DNA of 64,000 bases. Origin: Trichormus sp. ATA11-4-KO1. Its GTDB lineage: Bacteria > Cyanobacteriota > Cyanobacteriia > Cyanobacteriales > Nostocaceae. Positions 27,792-38,748 of the stretch are shown here, in pieces. The translations under genes and the position numbers were made by a program. Where the stretch lies: positions 64,001-128,000 of the forward strand of contig JAHHIM010000036.1 of the NCBI GenBank assembly GCA_019358915.1. Reading direction: 5' to 3'. Position 1 is the stretch's first letter. The number at the start of each line of letters is the position of its first letter. The notes under the pieces were generated by a model that was not told the DNA's origin, did no database searches, and saw only the letters and a program-made list of their open reading frames with translations.

Positions 27792-30623
27792 ATGTCTGCT
27801 AATTCTCTGCCTGAAAGTACCGCCGTTTGGCATGGTTTGGATGTTGATAAAGCCTTAGACCTGCTTGATAGTAACGCAGATAGTGGCTTAACACCTCAAG
27901 ATGTGCAACAGCGACTACAAAAGTATGGCCCCAACGAACTAGAAGAAAATGATGGTCGCAGCGCTTGGGAAATCCTGCTGGATCAGTTCAAGAATATTAT
28001 GTTGTTGATGCTGATTGCAGTAGCTTTCATTTCTGGGTTTTTAGACTTCATGGCTTGGCAAGCAGGGGAATTCAAGGCTGGGGAAGTGCCATTCAAAGAT
28101 ACGATCGCGATTATGGCGATTGTGATTCTCAATGGTGTATTGGGCTATGTCCAAGAAACCCGTGCCGAAAAAGCCCTAGCAGCACTAAAAAAACTCACCT
28201 CTCCCTTAGTGCGCGTCCTCCGCAACGGCAAATTGATGGAGATAGCAGCTAAGGAACTAGTACCAGGAGATGTGATGCTGCTGGAAGCTGGGATGCAGAT
28301 AGCAGCAGATGGCCGCTTGATTGAACAGTCTAATTTACAAGTGCGGGAGTCGGCACTGACAGGGGAAGCCGAGGCTGTCAGCAAGCAGGCAAGTTTATTA
28401 TTACCTGAAGAAACATCATTAGGCGATCGCCTTAATTTAGTCTTTCAAGGTACGGAAGTTGTTCAAGGACGCGCCAAGGTGCTGGTCACCAACACCGGGA
28501 TGCAAACGGAACTTGGTAAAATTGCCACCATGTTGCAATCAGTGGAAAATGAACCAACTCCCTTGCAGCAGCGCATGACTCAACTAGGCAATGTCTTAGT
28601 TACAGGTTCATTGGTTCTGGTAGCGTTTGTAGTTGTCGGCGGGATTATCCAAGCCAGAGGTTTTGGCAACTTACGAGACCTTCTAGAAGTTTCCTTGAGT
28701 ATGGCAGTGGCTGTAGTCCCGGAAGGCTTACCTGCGGTGATTACCGTTACCCTGGCACTGGGAACCCAGCGCATGGTACGTCACAATGCCTTGATTCGCA
28801 AACTGCCAGCTGTAGAAACCTTGGGTTCTGTAACTACTATCTGTTCTGATAAAACTGGCACCCTAACTCAAAATAAAATGGTGGTGCAGTCAGTTTATAT
28901 TAACGAAACAGCTGTTCGCGTCACCGGTGAAGGTTATGCGCCTACAGGCGAGTTTCAGCTGGATAGTCAAGCAATTCCTGTAGCAGATTATCCCGAAATT
29001 TCCGCTTTGCTAGTCGCCTGTGCTGTTTGTAATGACTCAGTGCTGCAAAAAGAAAAAGGGGAATGGGCTATTTTGGGAGACCCCACAGAGGGTGCATTGG
29101 TAACTCTGGCAGGCAAAGCTGGCATTGAAAAAGACCAATGGAATAGCAAGTTACCCCGCATTGGTGAGTTTCCCTTTTCCTCCGAACGCAAACGGATGAG
29201 CGTCATTTGTCAATTAGACGGGAATGGGGAAAATACATCACCCTACTCCCGACTCCCCACTCCCTATTTAATGTTTACCAAAGGTTCGCCAGAGTTAACT
29301 TTGGCACGTTGTTCAGAAATTCATTTGCGTAATAACTCAGTTCCCTTGACCGACGAACAACGCCAGAAAATTTTGGCAGAAAATGACCGCATGGCGAGTA
29401 AAGGTTTACGGGTACTAGGTTTTGCTTACAAACCCTTGACAGAAATCCCCCCAGAAGGGTCAGATGAGACATCCGAGCAAAATTTGGTCTGGCTGGGATT
29501 GGTGGGAATGCTAGATGCCCCCCGCCCAGAGGTGAGGGCAGCCGTAAAAGAGTGTCGCGATGCAGGCATTCGCCCCATCATGATTACAGGCGACCACCAA
29601 TTAACAGCACGAGCGATCGCCATTGATTTGGGAATTGCCCAGGAAGATGACCGTGTACTTACAGGTCAAGAATTACAACGGATGAGTGACCAGGATTTAG
29701 AGGCAAACGTTGACCTGGTGAGCATCTACGCAAGAGTTGCCCCAGAACATAAACTACGAATTGTCCAAGCACTGCAACGTCGGGGTAAATTTGTCGCTAT
29801 GACCGGCGATGGTGTCAATGATGCTCCAGCTTTGAAACAAGCTGATATTGGCATTGCTATGGGCATTACTGGCACAGATGTGAGCAAAGAAGCCAGTGAT
29901 ATGGTGCTACTCGATGACAACTTTGCCACTATTGTTGCCGCCACAAAAGAAGGTAGAGTAGTTTACACCAATATCCGCCGCTTTATTAAATACATCCTCG
30001 GTAGTAACATTGGCGAAGTTCTCACCATTGCCTCAGCGCCACTGTTGGGACTGGGAGGAGTGCCCCTAACACCATTGCAAATTCTTTGGATGAACTTAGT
30101 CACAGACGGGTTACCCGCCTTGGCATTAGCTGTGGAACCTCCTGAACCAGATGTCATGAAACGTCCGCCTTTTAGTCCCCGCGAAAGTATATTTGCTAGG
30201 GGATTAGGTTCTTATATGATTCGCACAGGCATCATTTTCGCCATCATTACGATTATTTTGATGTTGTGGGCGTACAATCATACCCGAATATTAGTCCCAG
30301 GACTCGATCCAGAGCGATGGAAGACAATGGTATTCACCTCCCTCTGTGTGGCTCAAATGGGACATGCGATCGCCATTCGTTCTAACAACCAACTGACCAT
30401 AGAAATGAATCCCTTCTCCAATCTTTTTGTACTGGCGGCTGTGATTGTGACAACGCTTTTGCAACTCATGCTAGTTTACGTCCCACCCCTACGGGCTTTC
30501 TTTGGTCTGCAATGGCTACCACCCACAGAATTAGCAATCTGTTTTGGTTTCAGTTCCTTAATGTTTGTCTGGATTGAATTAGAGAAGCTATTCCTTCGAT
30601 TTATGGGCAAGAGGAGTGTTTAG
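27792..30623 (+). CDS. Cation-transporting P-type ATPase (type IIA, Ca2+/PacL-like)
   Basis: [42 protein letters not shown]. Confidence 0.95.
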   Translation: MSANSLPESTAVWHGLDVDKALDLLDSNADSGLTPQDVQQRLQKYGPNELEENDGRSAWEILLDQFKNIMLLMLIAVAFISGFLDFMAWQAGEFKAGEVPFKDTIAIMAIVILNGVLGYVQETRAEKALAALKKLTSPLVRVLRNGKLMEIAAKELVPGDVMLLEAGMQIAADGRLIEQSNLQVRESALTGEAEAVSKQASLLLPEETSLGDRLNLVFQGTEVVQGRAKVLVTNTGMQTELGKIATMLQSVENEPTPLQQRMTQLGNVLVTGSLVLVAFVVVGGIIQARGFGNLRDLLEVSLSMAVAVVPEGLPAVITVTLALGTQRMVRHNALIRKLPAVETLGSVTTICSDKTGTLTQNKMVVQSVYINETAVRVTGEGYAPTGEFQLDSQAIPVADYPEISALLVACAVCNDSVLQKEKGEWAILGDPTEGALVTLAGKAGIEKDQWNSKLPRIGEFPFSSERKRMSVICQLDGNGENTSPYSRLPTPYLMFTKGSPELTLARCSEIHLRNNSVPLTDEQRQKILAENDRMASKGLRVLGFAYKPLTEIPPEGSDETSEQNLVWLGLVGMLDAPRPEVRAAVKECRDAGIRPIMITGDHQLTARAIAIDLGIAQEDDRVLTGQELQRMSDQDLEANVDLVSIYARVAPEHKLRIVQALQRRGKFVAMTGDGVNDAPALKQADIGIAMGITGTDVSKEASDMVLLDDNFATIVAATKEGRVVYTNIRRFIKYILGSNIGEVLTIASAPLLGLGGVPLTPLQILWMNLVTDGLPALALAVEPPEPDVMKRPPFSPRESIFARGLGSYMIRTGIIFAIITIILMLWAYNHTRILVPGLDPERWKTMVFTSLCVAQMGHAIAIRSNNQLTIEMNPFSNLFVLAAVIVTTLLQLMLVYVPPLRAFFGLQWLPPTELAICFGFSSLMFVWIELEKLFLRFMGKRSV

Positions 30624-30673
30624 TAATTAAAAATTAAAAATTAAAAATTAAAAATCAGGAATTTTTAGTTTTT

Positions 30674-30847
30674 TAGGACTTACGCAAAATTTGCCAAAAA
30701 GCTCCCTTTATAGTTCGCGTAGCGTGCGCTAAGCGCGCCCGCGCGCAGCGATTGCCCGTAAGGGCTGTAGAACGCCTTCTCTACGAGACACTACGTAAAC
30801 GCGAAGCGTCTCGAAGAGAAGAATTCGTTGAGTGTGCGTAAGTCCTA
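30674..30847. mobile_element. MITE with TAGGACTTACGCA terminal inverted repeats and nested small repeats
   Basis: taggacttacgca...tgcgtaagtccta; the right half recurs at ~48004-48128. Confidence 0.8.
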
Positions 30848-30869
30848 TTTTTAATTTTTAATTATTCTT

Positions 30870-32009
30870 ATGTATCTGCAAAACCTACACCTGAGACAAT
30901 TTCGGAATTACCAAGACCAGAAGGTTGAGTTTACTGCTGCCAAAACTATTTTGGTGGGTAATAATGCTCAGGGAAAGTCCAATTTGTTGGAGGCGGTGGA
31001 GTTGCTGGCGACATTGCGATCGCATCGCATGGCACGCGATCGCGATTTAGTCCGGGAAGGTGAGGATATAGCTCAAATTCATGCCACCCTGGAACGACAA
31101 GCTGGGATTAGCGATCTGGCTTTAACTCTCCGCCGCAACGGTCGCCGCAGTGTAGCTATCAATGGTGAGTCGGTAAGGCGACAAATGGATTTTCTGGGTG
31201 TACTGAATGCCGTACAGTTTTCTAGTTTGGATTTAGACTTGGTACGCGGTGGCCCCGAAGGTCGCCGTAACTGGCTAGATACACTCTTAATTCAACTCGA
31301 ACCGATTTATGCTCACATTTTGCAGCAATACAATCAAGTATTACGCCAACGCAACGCCTTTTTAAAAAAAAATCAAGACTCAGCACTCAGCACTCCCCTT
31401 CGACTTCGCTCAGGGCAAGCGCACTCAGAACTTGCTGTATGGGATGCCCAGTTAGTTACCACCGGGACAAGAGTAATTAGAAGACGCGATCGCGCTATTC
31501 AAAGATTAGCTCCTATCGCTGCGGCTTGGCACGCCAGCATTAGCGGCAGTACAGAAGTTCTGCAAATCAATTATTTGCCTAATGTGCCTTTAGAAAAAAG
31601 CCATCCAGATGAGATCCAACAAGCTTTTTTAGCCAAAATTCAACAACGCACCTCAGCCGAACTGTACCGGGGTACTACCCTTGTCGGCCCCCATCGCGAC
31701 GAAGTAGAATTGACTATCAATCAAACACCCGCTCGTCAATATGGTTCTCAAGGTCAGCAGCGCACCTTAGTACTAGCTCTAAAATTAGCAGAATTACAAT
31801 TAATTGAAGAAGTTGTCAACGAGCCGCCATTGCTCTTACTTGATGATGTCCTCGCTGAATTAGACCCATCTCGCCAAAATCAATTACTTGATGCTATTCA
31901 AGACCGTTTTCAAACTCTAATTACTACCACTCACCTGAGTTCTTTTGATGCTCAATGGTTGAATTCTTCGCAAATTCTATTTGTAGAAGCAGGGAAAATA
32001 TTATTGTGA
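30870..32009 (+). CDS. recF: DNA replication/repair protein RecF
   Basis: [37 protein letters not shown]. Confidence 0.97.
   Translation: MYLQNLHLRQFRNYQDQKVEFTAAKTILVGNNAQGKSNLLEAVELLATLRSHRMARDRDLVREGEDIAQIHATLERQAGISDLALTLRRNGRRSVAINGESVRRQMDFLGVLNAVQFSSLDLDLVRGGPEGRRNWLDTLLIQLEPIYAHILQQYNQVLRQRNAFLKKNQDSALSTPLRLRSGQAHSELAVWDAQLVTTGTRVIRRRDRAIQRLAPIAAAWHASISGSTEVLQINYLPNVPLEKSHPDEIQQAFLAKIQQRTSAELYRGTTLVGPHRDEVELTINQTPARQYGSQGQQRTLVLALKLAELQLIEEVVNEPPLLLLDDVLAELDPSRQNQLLDAIQDRFQTLITTTHLSSFDAQWLNSSQILFVEAGKILL
31396..31419 (+). repeat. 24 nt small dispersed repeat inserted in frame in recF
   Basis: cccttcgacttcgctcagggcaag inside a (CAGCACT)n tract; adds PLRLRSGQ. Confidence 0.75.
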
Positions 32010-32039
32010 CTAATGACTAATGACAAATGACTATAATTT

Positions 32040-32462
32040 ATGCTCAAAAAAAATCACCTAATCGATAAAAATGAGATTGCATCACTAGGTGCATCGCTAC
32101 GAGCAATTGAGCAAAAGCTACTTAAACAAGGTTATCAAGAAGGTAATACAAAAATTTGGTTTCAGGGTGAAGAACCTTATTTTGATATATTTTTTGAATG
32201 CCACAATGAGGAAATATTATGGTTTCAATTTACGTTAAGAGGTAAATCACTTTCCTGGGATAAAAGAAAACCAGAATTGCAAACGGGGATTACCAACGAA
32301 TTGTGTGTTGATGATGTGAGCTTTTATGCAGCTACTAAAACAATTGATAACGATCATCAACCTGATGGGGATTTTATTTATTTAGTGAAATCGATTCTAG
32401 CAACTAGAGCAGAAGAACCAATTTTTGTGAAGGCACTGGAATTGTTTAACTTGCCAAAATAG
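32040..32462 (+). CDS. Hypothetical protein
   Basis: 140 aa ORF 30 nt after recF with protein-like composition (WFQGEEPYFD, WFQFTLRG). Confidence 0.75.
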   Translation: MLKKNHLIDKNEIASLGASLRAIEQKLLKQGYQEGNTKIWFQGEEPYFDIFFECHNEEILWFQFTLRGKSLSWDKRKPELQTGITNELCVDDVSFYAATKTIDNDHQPDGDFIYLVKSILATRAEEPIFVKALELFNLPK

Positions 32463-32544
32463 CAGAATGAGAAGGCAGTTCCGATGAAACGAGTTTCACA
32501 GCCAAGTATGAAAGAGAGACCAGAAGCTAGAGACTGGAATTTTT

Positions 32545-32603
32545 ACTCAGCACTCAGCACTCAGCACTCAGCACTCAGCACTCAGCACTCAGCACTCAGC
32601 ACT
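32545..32603. repeat. STRR heptamer (ACTCAGC)x8
   Basis: Eight perfect tandem copies plus ACT. Confidence 0.95.
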
Positions 32604-32656
32604 TTCAAGTCAGAAGGAAGAAGTCTTCTTTCTTCTTCCCTCTGACTTCGTTAAAA

Positions 32657-33157
32657 TTATTCAAATCTTTTAAACACGTTAAGCACTACAAAAGTTAGCA
32701 CAGCCCCAATTAATCCTAATTGCCACAAACCAAACCCAGCCGCAACTCCTAATCCAGCCGAAACCCAAATAGATGCAGCTGATGTGAGTCCGTGAATTTC
32801 TAATTGCTGTGATTGTTGGGAAGATTGACGCACAATTTCTCCAGCACCCAGAAAACCCACACCAGCTGCAATACCTTGGATAACGCGGCTAAGAGCATCA
32901 GGATTCGGTGGTAGTATAGCTGTCTGTAGAGGTATGATCATAAACACTGCTGAGCCAAAACTTACCAGCATGTGAGTTCTTAAACCTGCCGGTTTATGCT
33001 TCATTTGGCGTTCTATGCCAATGATTGCCCCGATCAGCAAAGCGAGGCATAGCCTAAAGATGATTTTCAGCGAATCATTGGGCGTCAGGTAGTAAGTGTT
33101 CAACAATTTTGGATCGGGGAAAATACTATATCTTACATTACTTGATAATACTGACAA
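32657..33157 (-). CDS. MgtC/SapB family membrane protein
   Basis: GIERQ, AGLRTH, GVGFLGAG, GLTSAASIW; the true start may be ~50 nt downstream. Confidence 0.92.
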   Translation of the reverse strand: MSVLSSNVRYSIFPDPKLLNTYYLTPNDSLKIIFRLCLALLIGAIIGIERQMKHKPAGLRTHMLVSFGSAVFMIIPLQTAILPPNPDALSRVIQGIAAGVGFLGAGEIVRQSSQQSQQLEIHGLTSAASIWVSAGLGVAAGFGLWQLGLIGAVLTFVVLNVFKRFE

Positions 33158-33169
33158 CTAACAAATTGA

Positions 33170-35479
33170 GTGGATAAACTCTACTGGCTGGAACAAATTC
33201 AACTGCAAGACCGCGCCAAAGTAGGTGATAAAGCATTTTACTTGAGCAGAATTACGCAGCGTGGCTACCCGGTGGTGCCTGGTTTTGTCGTTTCAGCAGA
33301 AGTTTTACGACAATTTCTGGCAACGCTCAACAGTTCGGAGTCTTTAGTTGCAGACTTACCTGATTCTTCTTTACATTTGGATGTAGCTAATTGGCGTCAA
33401 CTTCAACAGGTAGCTGGTCGCTTGCGTCAGGAAATTATGACAGCGACTGTACCACCGCAATGGGTGAGGACAATTTTTACCGCAGCTAAAGAATGGCAAA
33501 CTAACTATGTGATTTTGCGACCAACTCTGGCATTATCGCCAGCAACATCAGGGGGAGCAAATACATCTGGGTTGCTGGATGCTATTTTTTGTCGCTGCGA
33601 TGAAGAAGCGATCGCCACAGCATTAAAGCGCACCTGGAGTCAGTTGTTTCGGGCTAGAAGTTTACTATATTGGCAGCGCATGGGAATTAGCCTGCAACAA
33701 ATTAATTTAGCCGTGTTGGTGCAACCAGTTCAAAATGCGATCGCCAGTGGTATCCTGTATGCCAACTCTTCAGGGTGGACAATAGAAGCGACCAAGGGCT
33801 TGGGAATTGCGATCGCCAAAGGTGATGTACTCCCAGATGTCTATTACATTCAACAGGAAACTGGGGCAATACTAGAACGACATCTCGGTAATAAAATGCT
33901 GGCTTATCGTTGTGATGATGCGGCAACCGTGGATTCACATCAATCAGTGATCACAGCAGATAATACTGATATAGTGGCCTATGTCCTTGAAGAAGCCCAA
34001 CAAAAACAGTACGCTTTACCGGAAGAATTTCTGCAAACAGTAATCACTCTGGGGAATCAACTTGTGAGTGAAATAGGCGAAAACTTTACCATTAAATGGA
34101 CTATTTCTCAGGAAACCCCAGTCCCCAATCTCTATTTAACTCAAGTGAGTACTCCTCAATCTGTAATTCCCAATTTACAGTTTGTCAAAGGATTAGGGGC
34201 AGCCGGGGGACGCGTAACAGCAACTGCTCATGTAATTAATGCTCAAAAGAAACCAGAACAAATTCCCGCAGGAGTAATTTTAGTAGTACCAACAATTACA
34301 CCAGATTGGTTGCCGTTGTTACAAAAAGTTGTGGCAATTGTCACTGTTCAGGGAGGATTAACTAGCCATGCAGCGATTTTATCTAGAGAATTGGGTATCC
34401 CCGCAGTTGTGAGCGCCACAGACGCCACAGTTTTGATTCAAAACGGTGAACGGTTGCTTGTAGATGGCGACAGGGGAGAAGTTTATCGGCTCAGGAAGGA
34501 CAAAGAAGTTAGTCATCAATCATCAGTAATTAGCCATTCCCCTTTGCCCATTGCTCATTCCCCATCCTCCCCCATGATTGCCACCCAATTGCTAGTTAAC
34601 TTGAGTCAACCTAGTTTAATAGAGCAAGTAAAAAGCCTACCCGTGGATGGAGTCGGCTTGTTACGTTCCGAACTGATGTTGCTCAACACACTAGAAGGGC
34701 AACATCCCCATAGTTGGCTCATAGGTGGCCGTCAGGCAGAATTATTAGAAAAATGGTCTGAGCAAATTCTGCTGTTTGCTCGTGCTTTGTCGCCGCGACC
34801 AGTTTTTTATCGCTCGTTGGATTGGCGATCGCACGAGTTACCATCAGCGAATCATCACCTACATTCTCTCTCACATTCGAGTTTAGGCGATCGCGGTACA
34901 TTCAGCTATCTGCAAAACCCGGCCGTTTTTGAATTGGAACTAGCAGCTTTAGCATCTGTACAAAAAGCTGGCTATAGCAATATTCATCTATTGTTGCCTT
35001 TTGTTCGCAGTGTGGCAGAGTTTTCCTTTTGTCGCGCCAAAGTTGAGCAAGCCGGGTTAACTCAAGTGCCGCAATTTCAACTATGGATCATGGCAGAAGT
35101 ACCAAGTATGCTATTCTTGCTCCCAGAATACGTGAAAGCAGGTGCAGTTGGCATTTCCATTGGTACAAATGACCTCACCCAACTATTACTAGGTGTAGAT
35201 CGAGAACAAGGACAGCTGACAAGAGTGTTGAATGAACGTCATCCGGCTGTCATAAGTGCGATCGCTCAACTGATCCAGATGGCGAAAAATGCGGGGATTC
35301 CTTGTTCAATTTGCGGTCAAGCACCAGTAATTTATCCAGAAATTATTGATCAATTGGTGCAATGGGGCATTACTTCTATTTCTGTGGAACCGGAAGCAGT
35401 GGAGAGGACTTATAGAGCGATCGCCCGTGCTGAGCAAAGGTTAATTTTAGCAGCAGCTCGTCAGCAACTTAATTCGTAA
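33170..35479 (+). CDS. PEP synthase-like PEP-utilising protein with degenerate nucleotide-binding domain
   Basis: VGDKA, phospho-His GGLTSHAAI, DGVGLLRSE, MAEVPS, SIGTNDLTQ, SICGQ. Confidence 0.85.
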   Translation: MDKLYWLEQIQLQDRAKVGDKAFYLSRITQRGYPVVPGFVVSAEVLRQFLATLNSSESLVADLPDSSLHLDVANWRQLQQVAGRLRQEIMTATVPPQWVRTIFTAAKEWQTNYVILRPTLALSPATSGGANTSGLLDAIFCRCDEEAIATALKRTWSQLFRARSLLYWQRMGISLQQINLAVLVQPVQNAIASGILYANSSGWTIEATKGLGIAIAKGDVLPDVYYIQQETGAILERHLGNKMLAYRCDDAATVDSHQSVITADNTDIVAYVLEEAQQKQYALPEEFLQTVITLGNQLVSEIGENFTIKWTISQETPVPNLYLTQVSTPQSVIPNLQFVKGLGAAGGRVTATAHVINAQKKPEQIPAGVILVVPTITPDWLPLLQKVVAIVTVQGGLTSHAAILSRELGIPAVVSATDATVLIQNGERLLVDGDRGEVYRLRKDKEVSHQSSVISHSPLPIAHSPSSPMIATQLLVNLSQPSLIEQVKSLPVDGVGLLRSELMLLNTLEGQHPHSWLIGGRQAELLEKWSEQILLFARALSPRPVFYRSLDWRSHELPSANHHLHSLSHSSLGDRGTFSYLQNPAVFELELAALASVQKAGYSNIHLLLPFVRSVAEFSFCRAKVEQAGLTQVPQFQLWIMAEVPSMLFLLPEYVKAGAVGISIGTNDLTQLLLGVDREQGQLTRVLNERHPAVISAIAQLIQMAKNAGIPCSICGQAPVIYPEIIDQLVQWGITSISVEPEAVERTYRAIARAEQRLILAAARQQLNS

Positions 35480-35622
35480 TTCGTAATATTTCCTATGGCT
35501 ACGCCACGCTGCGCTATCGGAAACGCTGCGCGAATGTAATTCGTAATTTAATAACTGGGAATTACAAACCTTCATGAGTTTTACCTAACGTTGATTACAC
35601 AGCATCCCGCAATTCTGCGAAT

Positions 35623-36420
35623 TTACTTAATATATCCAGTTTCCCGCAAAAATTGACGTAAACTAGCGAAGAATTGAGTGCGATCACTTTGTTTATAAGC
35701 CTGTTGTACACGCTGCCAACCATCCTGCTCCTGACCTAGCATATACTTATCTGCTAAGTAAGATGCTAAAAAACCCTTACCATCATCACCTTGTCGCCGC
35801 GCCTCGGTGTAGGTTTGCCATTGTTCAAAGGCATGATTATAAATTAACTGGGGATAGCGACGAGTAATATCAATCATCTTCCCTTGACGATACTGCCAAA
35901 TTTGTAGTGGGTAACCAGATGCAGCATAGGATGTAAAAGCATAAGCAAAGCGATCGTCTTGACTAATAAACTCTTGTACTCCATCCTGATCTACATCTTT
36001 GAGTTGATAACCACCATTACCCCATTCATGACGAATCTGAGTGTATCGCTGGGATTTACTGTCATAACGGTAAATTAATGAATATGTACAACAGTGCGCT
36101 CCCCCTGTAAAGAAATCAGCAATTATTTCTGGTTCTTTATTGCCATCTAAGTCCAGTACTGGCAACTTATTGTCTGTAAATAACCCTCCAATAGGTCGGT
36201 CATATTCGCTATCTTGGGGCAGTTTTTGATCCACAATAGTTTTACCTGCCCGGATAATTTGCAAACGAACGTCTTTATACTGGTATTCCTCTGATTGTTC
36301 GTAGGATATTTCTGCCCGGATATTGCCCCCTTGCCCAGTGATTATTTCTGCCTTACTAGACTGAGTAAAGATAGCCATTATGCTCACAAAAGCTAAACCG
36401 ACTAAAGATTTACTAATCAT
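35623..36420 (-). CDS. Secreted hypothetical protein with FG-GAP-like DxDGxxxxE motifs
   Basis: Signal peptide; DLDGNKEPEI, TGGAHCC, DVDQDGVQEF. Confidence 0.8.
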   Translation of the reverse strand: MISKSLVGLAFVSIMAIFTQSSKAEIITGQGGNIRAEISYEQSEEYQYKDVRLQIIRAGKTIVDQKLPQDSEYDRPIGGLFTDNKLPVLDLDGNKEPEIIADFFTGGAHCCTYSLIYRYDSKSQRYTQIRHEWGNGGYQLKDVDQDGVQEFISQDDRFAYAFTSYAASGYPLQIWQYRQGKMIDITRRYPQLIYNHAFEQWQTYTEARRQGDDGKGFLASYLADKYMLGQEQDGWQRVQQAYKQSDRTQFFASLRQFLRETGYIK

Positions 36421-36468
36421 GGGTGTTGTATATAGTTAGCTTCAACTTATACAACACCACAAAAACCA

Positions 36469-37632
36469 TCAATATCGGAAAATAGCTGCTACTGGTGCGC
36501 CATTTGGCATGTTTTCTGAATTAAGAGTATACACTTTGCCACCGTTTAAGAGAGTATGAATAGCGGCAAAATCTAACATATCGTCATCGTCTGGCTCTGG
36601 TTCTGAGTGTAAATCTACAGTCATGTTATCTGGATCAAATTTGCCCCAGATTTGCATATCTACTGGCACAAACATCGAATCTACTCTGTGACAATAAGTC
36701 GCTGACACGATTTCTTTAATATCACTAGAAGCTGTACCAGTACCAGCTAGTTGCTGATAAAGCGCCATTGCTGATTGCTGATTTTCATGAAACAAAGGTT
36801 TGACGATAGGCCAAGCCTGTTGATGCAACTCTTCTGGTTTCATTACTTCGGGATTACCAGTAATACCTGACTCGACAAAATGAGGATAAGTATTGGCCTC
36901 TTGGTAAATCGGGAATAGATACTCAACCCCTGCTAACACTAAAGGTGCATTTTGCCCTCGGATTTTCTCATGTACCGCCCTATCAACAATGTGAAAAAAC
37001 TGTAATATGTCTGCCTGGCGTTTATCTGTATCGGGACTTCCCTGACCATGAAAATCACCCGGTTGTTGAAACGGATTAGCGGTTCCCCCTTTAGATGTGG
37101 CAATACGATGTTGCACCCCTTTTTGAATATCGTCCTCCATCAGAGCTTCCTCCATACTCTGAGGCATATTTTCTACTTCCACTTCATTGAGGCTGTATCG
37201 CGTTCCTGCAAAAAACCTGACATCTTTTTGACTAAGAGCTAGGAGATAAAAGTGTCCATCACTGTTAATTAAATGCAACAATGGCTTTATATGGAAGCAA
37301 TCGCTAACAACTACCAATTCTTGAAACTCCATTGGCAGACGGTAATAGCGAAACATCTGGGGAGAAATAAAGACTGCTAATCCGTGGTCTTGATGTTCCC
37401 AAAAATCAGTCGTATCAAGTTCCTTAACTGGCTGGAGAAAATCTATCGCCTCAGTGCGGCGAATCCCCATAGCATCCAAACGTTCCTCAGCTTCCCGGGT
37501 TAAATTTTTAAAACGAATTGGATTTTGTCGAATCTCTGGCCCCGCCTTTTGCATAGGCATGTACAAAGATACACAAGGACTTTGAGAATTTTCAACTAAA
37601 ATTTTTAGTTCATCAACAGATAATAGTGTCAT
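36469..37632 (-). CDS. Bacterial archaeo-eukaryotic release factor (baeRF3/7-like) family protein
   Basis: PCVSLYMP, NPIRFKN, FHIKPLL, HGQG, PLVLAG, TLLNGGKVY, AAIFRY. Confidence 0.8.
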   Translation of the reverse strand: MTLLSVDELKILVENSQSPCVSLYMPMQKAGPEIRQNPIRFKNLTREAEERLDAMGIRRTEAIDFLQPVKELDTTDFWEHQDHGLAVFISPQMFRYYRLPMEFQELVVVSDCFHIKPLLHLINSDGHFYLLALSQKDVRFFAGTRYSLNEVEVENMPQSMEEALMEDDIQKGVQHRIATSKGGTANPFQQPGDFHGQGSPDTDKRQADILQFFHIVDRAVHEKIRGQNAPLVLAGVEYLFPIYQEANTYPHFVESGITGNPEVMKPEELHQQAWPIVKPLFHENQQSAMALYQQLAGTGTASSDIKEIVSATYCHRVDSMFVPVDMQIWGKFDPDNMTVDLHSEPEPDDDDMLDFAAIHTLLNGGKVYTLNSENMPNGAPVAAIFRY

Positions 37633-37797
37633 ATTATGGAACTCCTATCAATTAAAGCTAAAGAATCTAAATTCATTACAAAACATGAATCATCAAAATT
37701 CATCTTGCTTTTGATAAGAAATTTCCTACTACATACACCATTCTTTAGATAGATAAATAACCTCTTCCCTCATAGAAAACCTCACTTACTAACAAAA

Positions 37798-37830
37798 ATC
37801 TCACCGACTTTTTAAATAAATCGGTGAGAT
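37798..37830. terminator. Hairpin downstream of the DUF1361 gene
   Basis: atctcaccga...tcggtgagat inverted repeat. Confidence 0.5.
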
Positions 37831-37857
37831 GAGCCTCTCGTTTTTGAAGTTTAATAA

Positions 37858-38511
37858 TTAAGAGATATCAGTATTAGTTCGCCGTGATTGAATAGCTAAT
37901 CCATTTTGTGGTTGGCTAACAAATCCCAAAGATGCTCGTTTCATAATCCAGTACAAACCTACAAGAATTACAAAGGTAATAGCAATAATTACTAAAGGCT
38001 GTTTACCAAGTAATTCCTCTACACCTTTGGTTAGTAAAGCATCGGGTTGAGTCACAAAATCCCAACTATTGAAACGCAGGAACCGACCCCAATAAATACC
38101 AATTGCACAAAGAGCATGGGTAATTAATTCAACTCCCAAAATCCATTGAGATTTACCAATGCGGTGTAAATAGTAGCCCAAATTAATTAATGATATGACA
38201 TAAGCTTCAAACCCAGCCAGAATTACCAGTAAATAAATAGGAATTAGCACCAAGGTGATCATCCACACTGATTGAATCCTGCGCATATCGTCTATGAAAT
38301 GAATTACATCAGTCAACAAATAAGGTGCATTTGGTAAGAATGCAAAGAAAACCAGGAACCCTAGCCACCAAACCCAAGAGCGTCCGCGTTTGGTGCGGAA
38401 TAGCCAAACACTCAAAGCCAAAGGTATAAAAGCTAGAAATAAATTCCAAGTCATCCAACGCATATTGACGCGTAAGACTCCTAAAAATGTAGCTATCAAT
38501 TCCTCTTTCAT
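37858..38511 (-). CDS. DUF1361 membrane protein
   Basis: WNLFLAFIP, FLPNAPYLLTD, GIYWGRFLRFNSWD. Confidence 0.9.
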   Translation of the reverse strand: MKEELIATFLGVLRVNMRWMTWNLFLAFIPLALSVWLFRTKRGRSWVWWLGFLVFFAFLPNAPYLLTDVIHFIDDMRRIQSVWMITLVLIPIYLLVILAGFEAYVISLINLGYYLHRIGKSQWILGVELITHALCAIGIYWGRFLRFNSWDFVTQPDALLTKGVEELLGKQPLVIIAITFVILVGLYWIMKRASLGFVSQPQNGLAIQSRRTNTDIS

Positions 38512-38748
38512 AGTTCCTTACTCACAAGAAATTTGATGGACAAAATCTGACTATGAGGGTTAGGTTGTGAAAATTGCTACTGCTAATTTTTTTAATAAAC
38601 GCACTAAGTAACCAGTATAGCTAGAAACTCACCAAGGGCAAATAAATTACAAAAATAAGGTTCTCAATAGAGACTTTTGCCGCTACTAAGAACTTCTAAT
38701 TAAGGATATCGCTTTTTTCCTGACTATATATTTTGATGGCGTATAATT

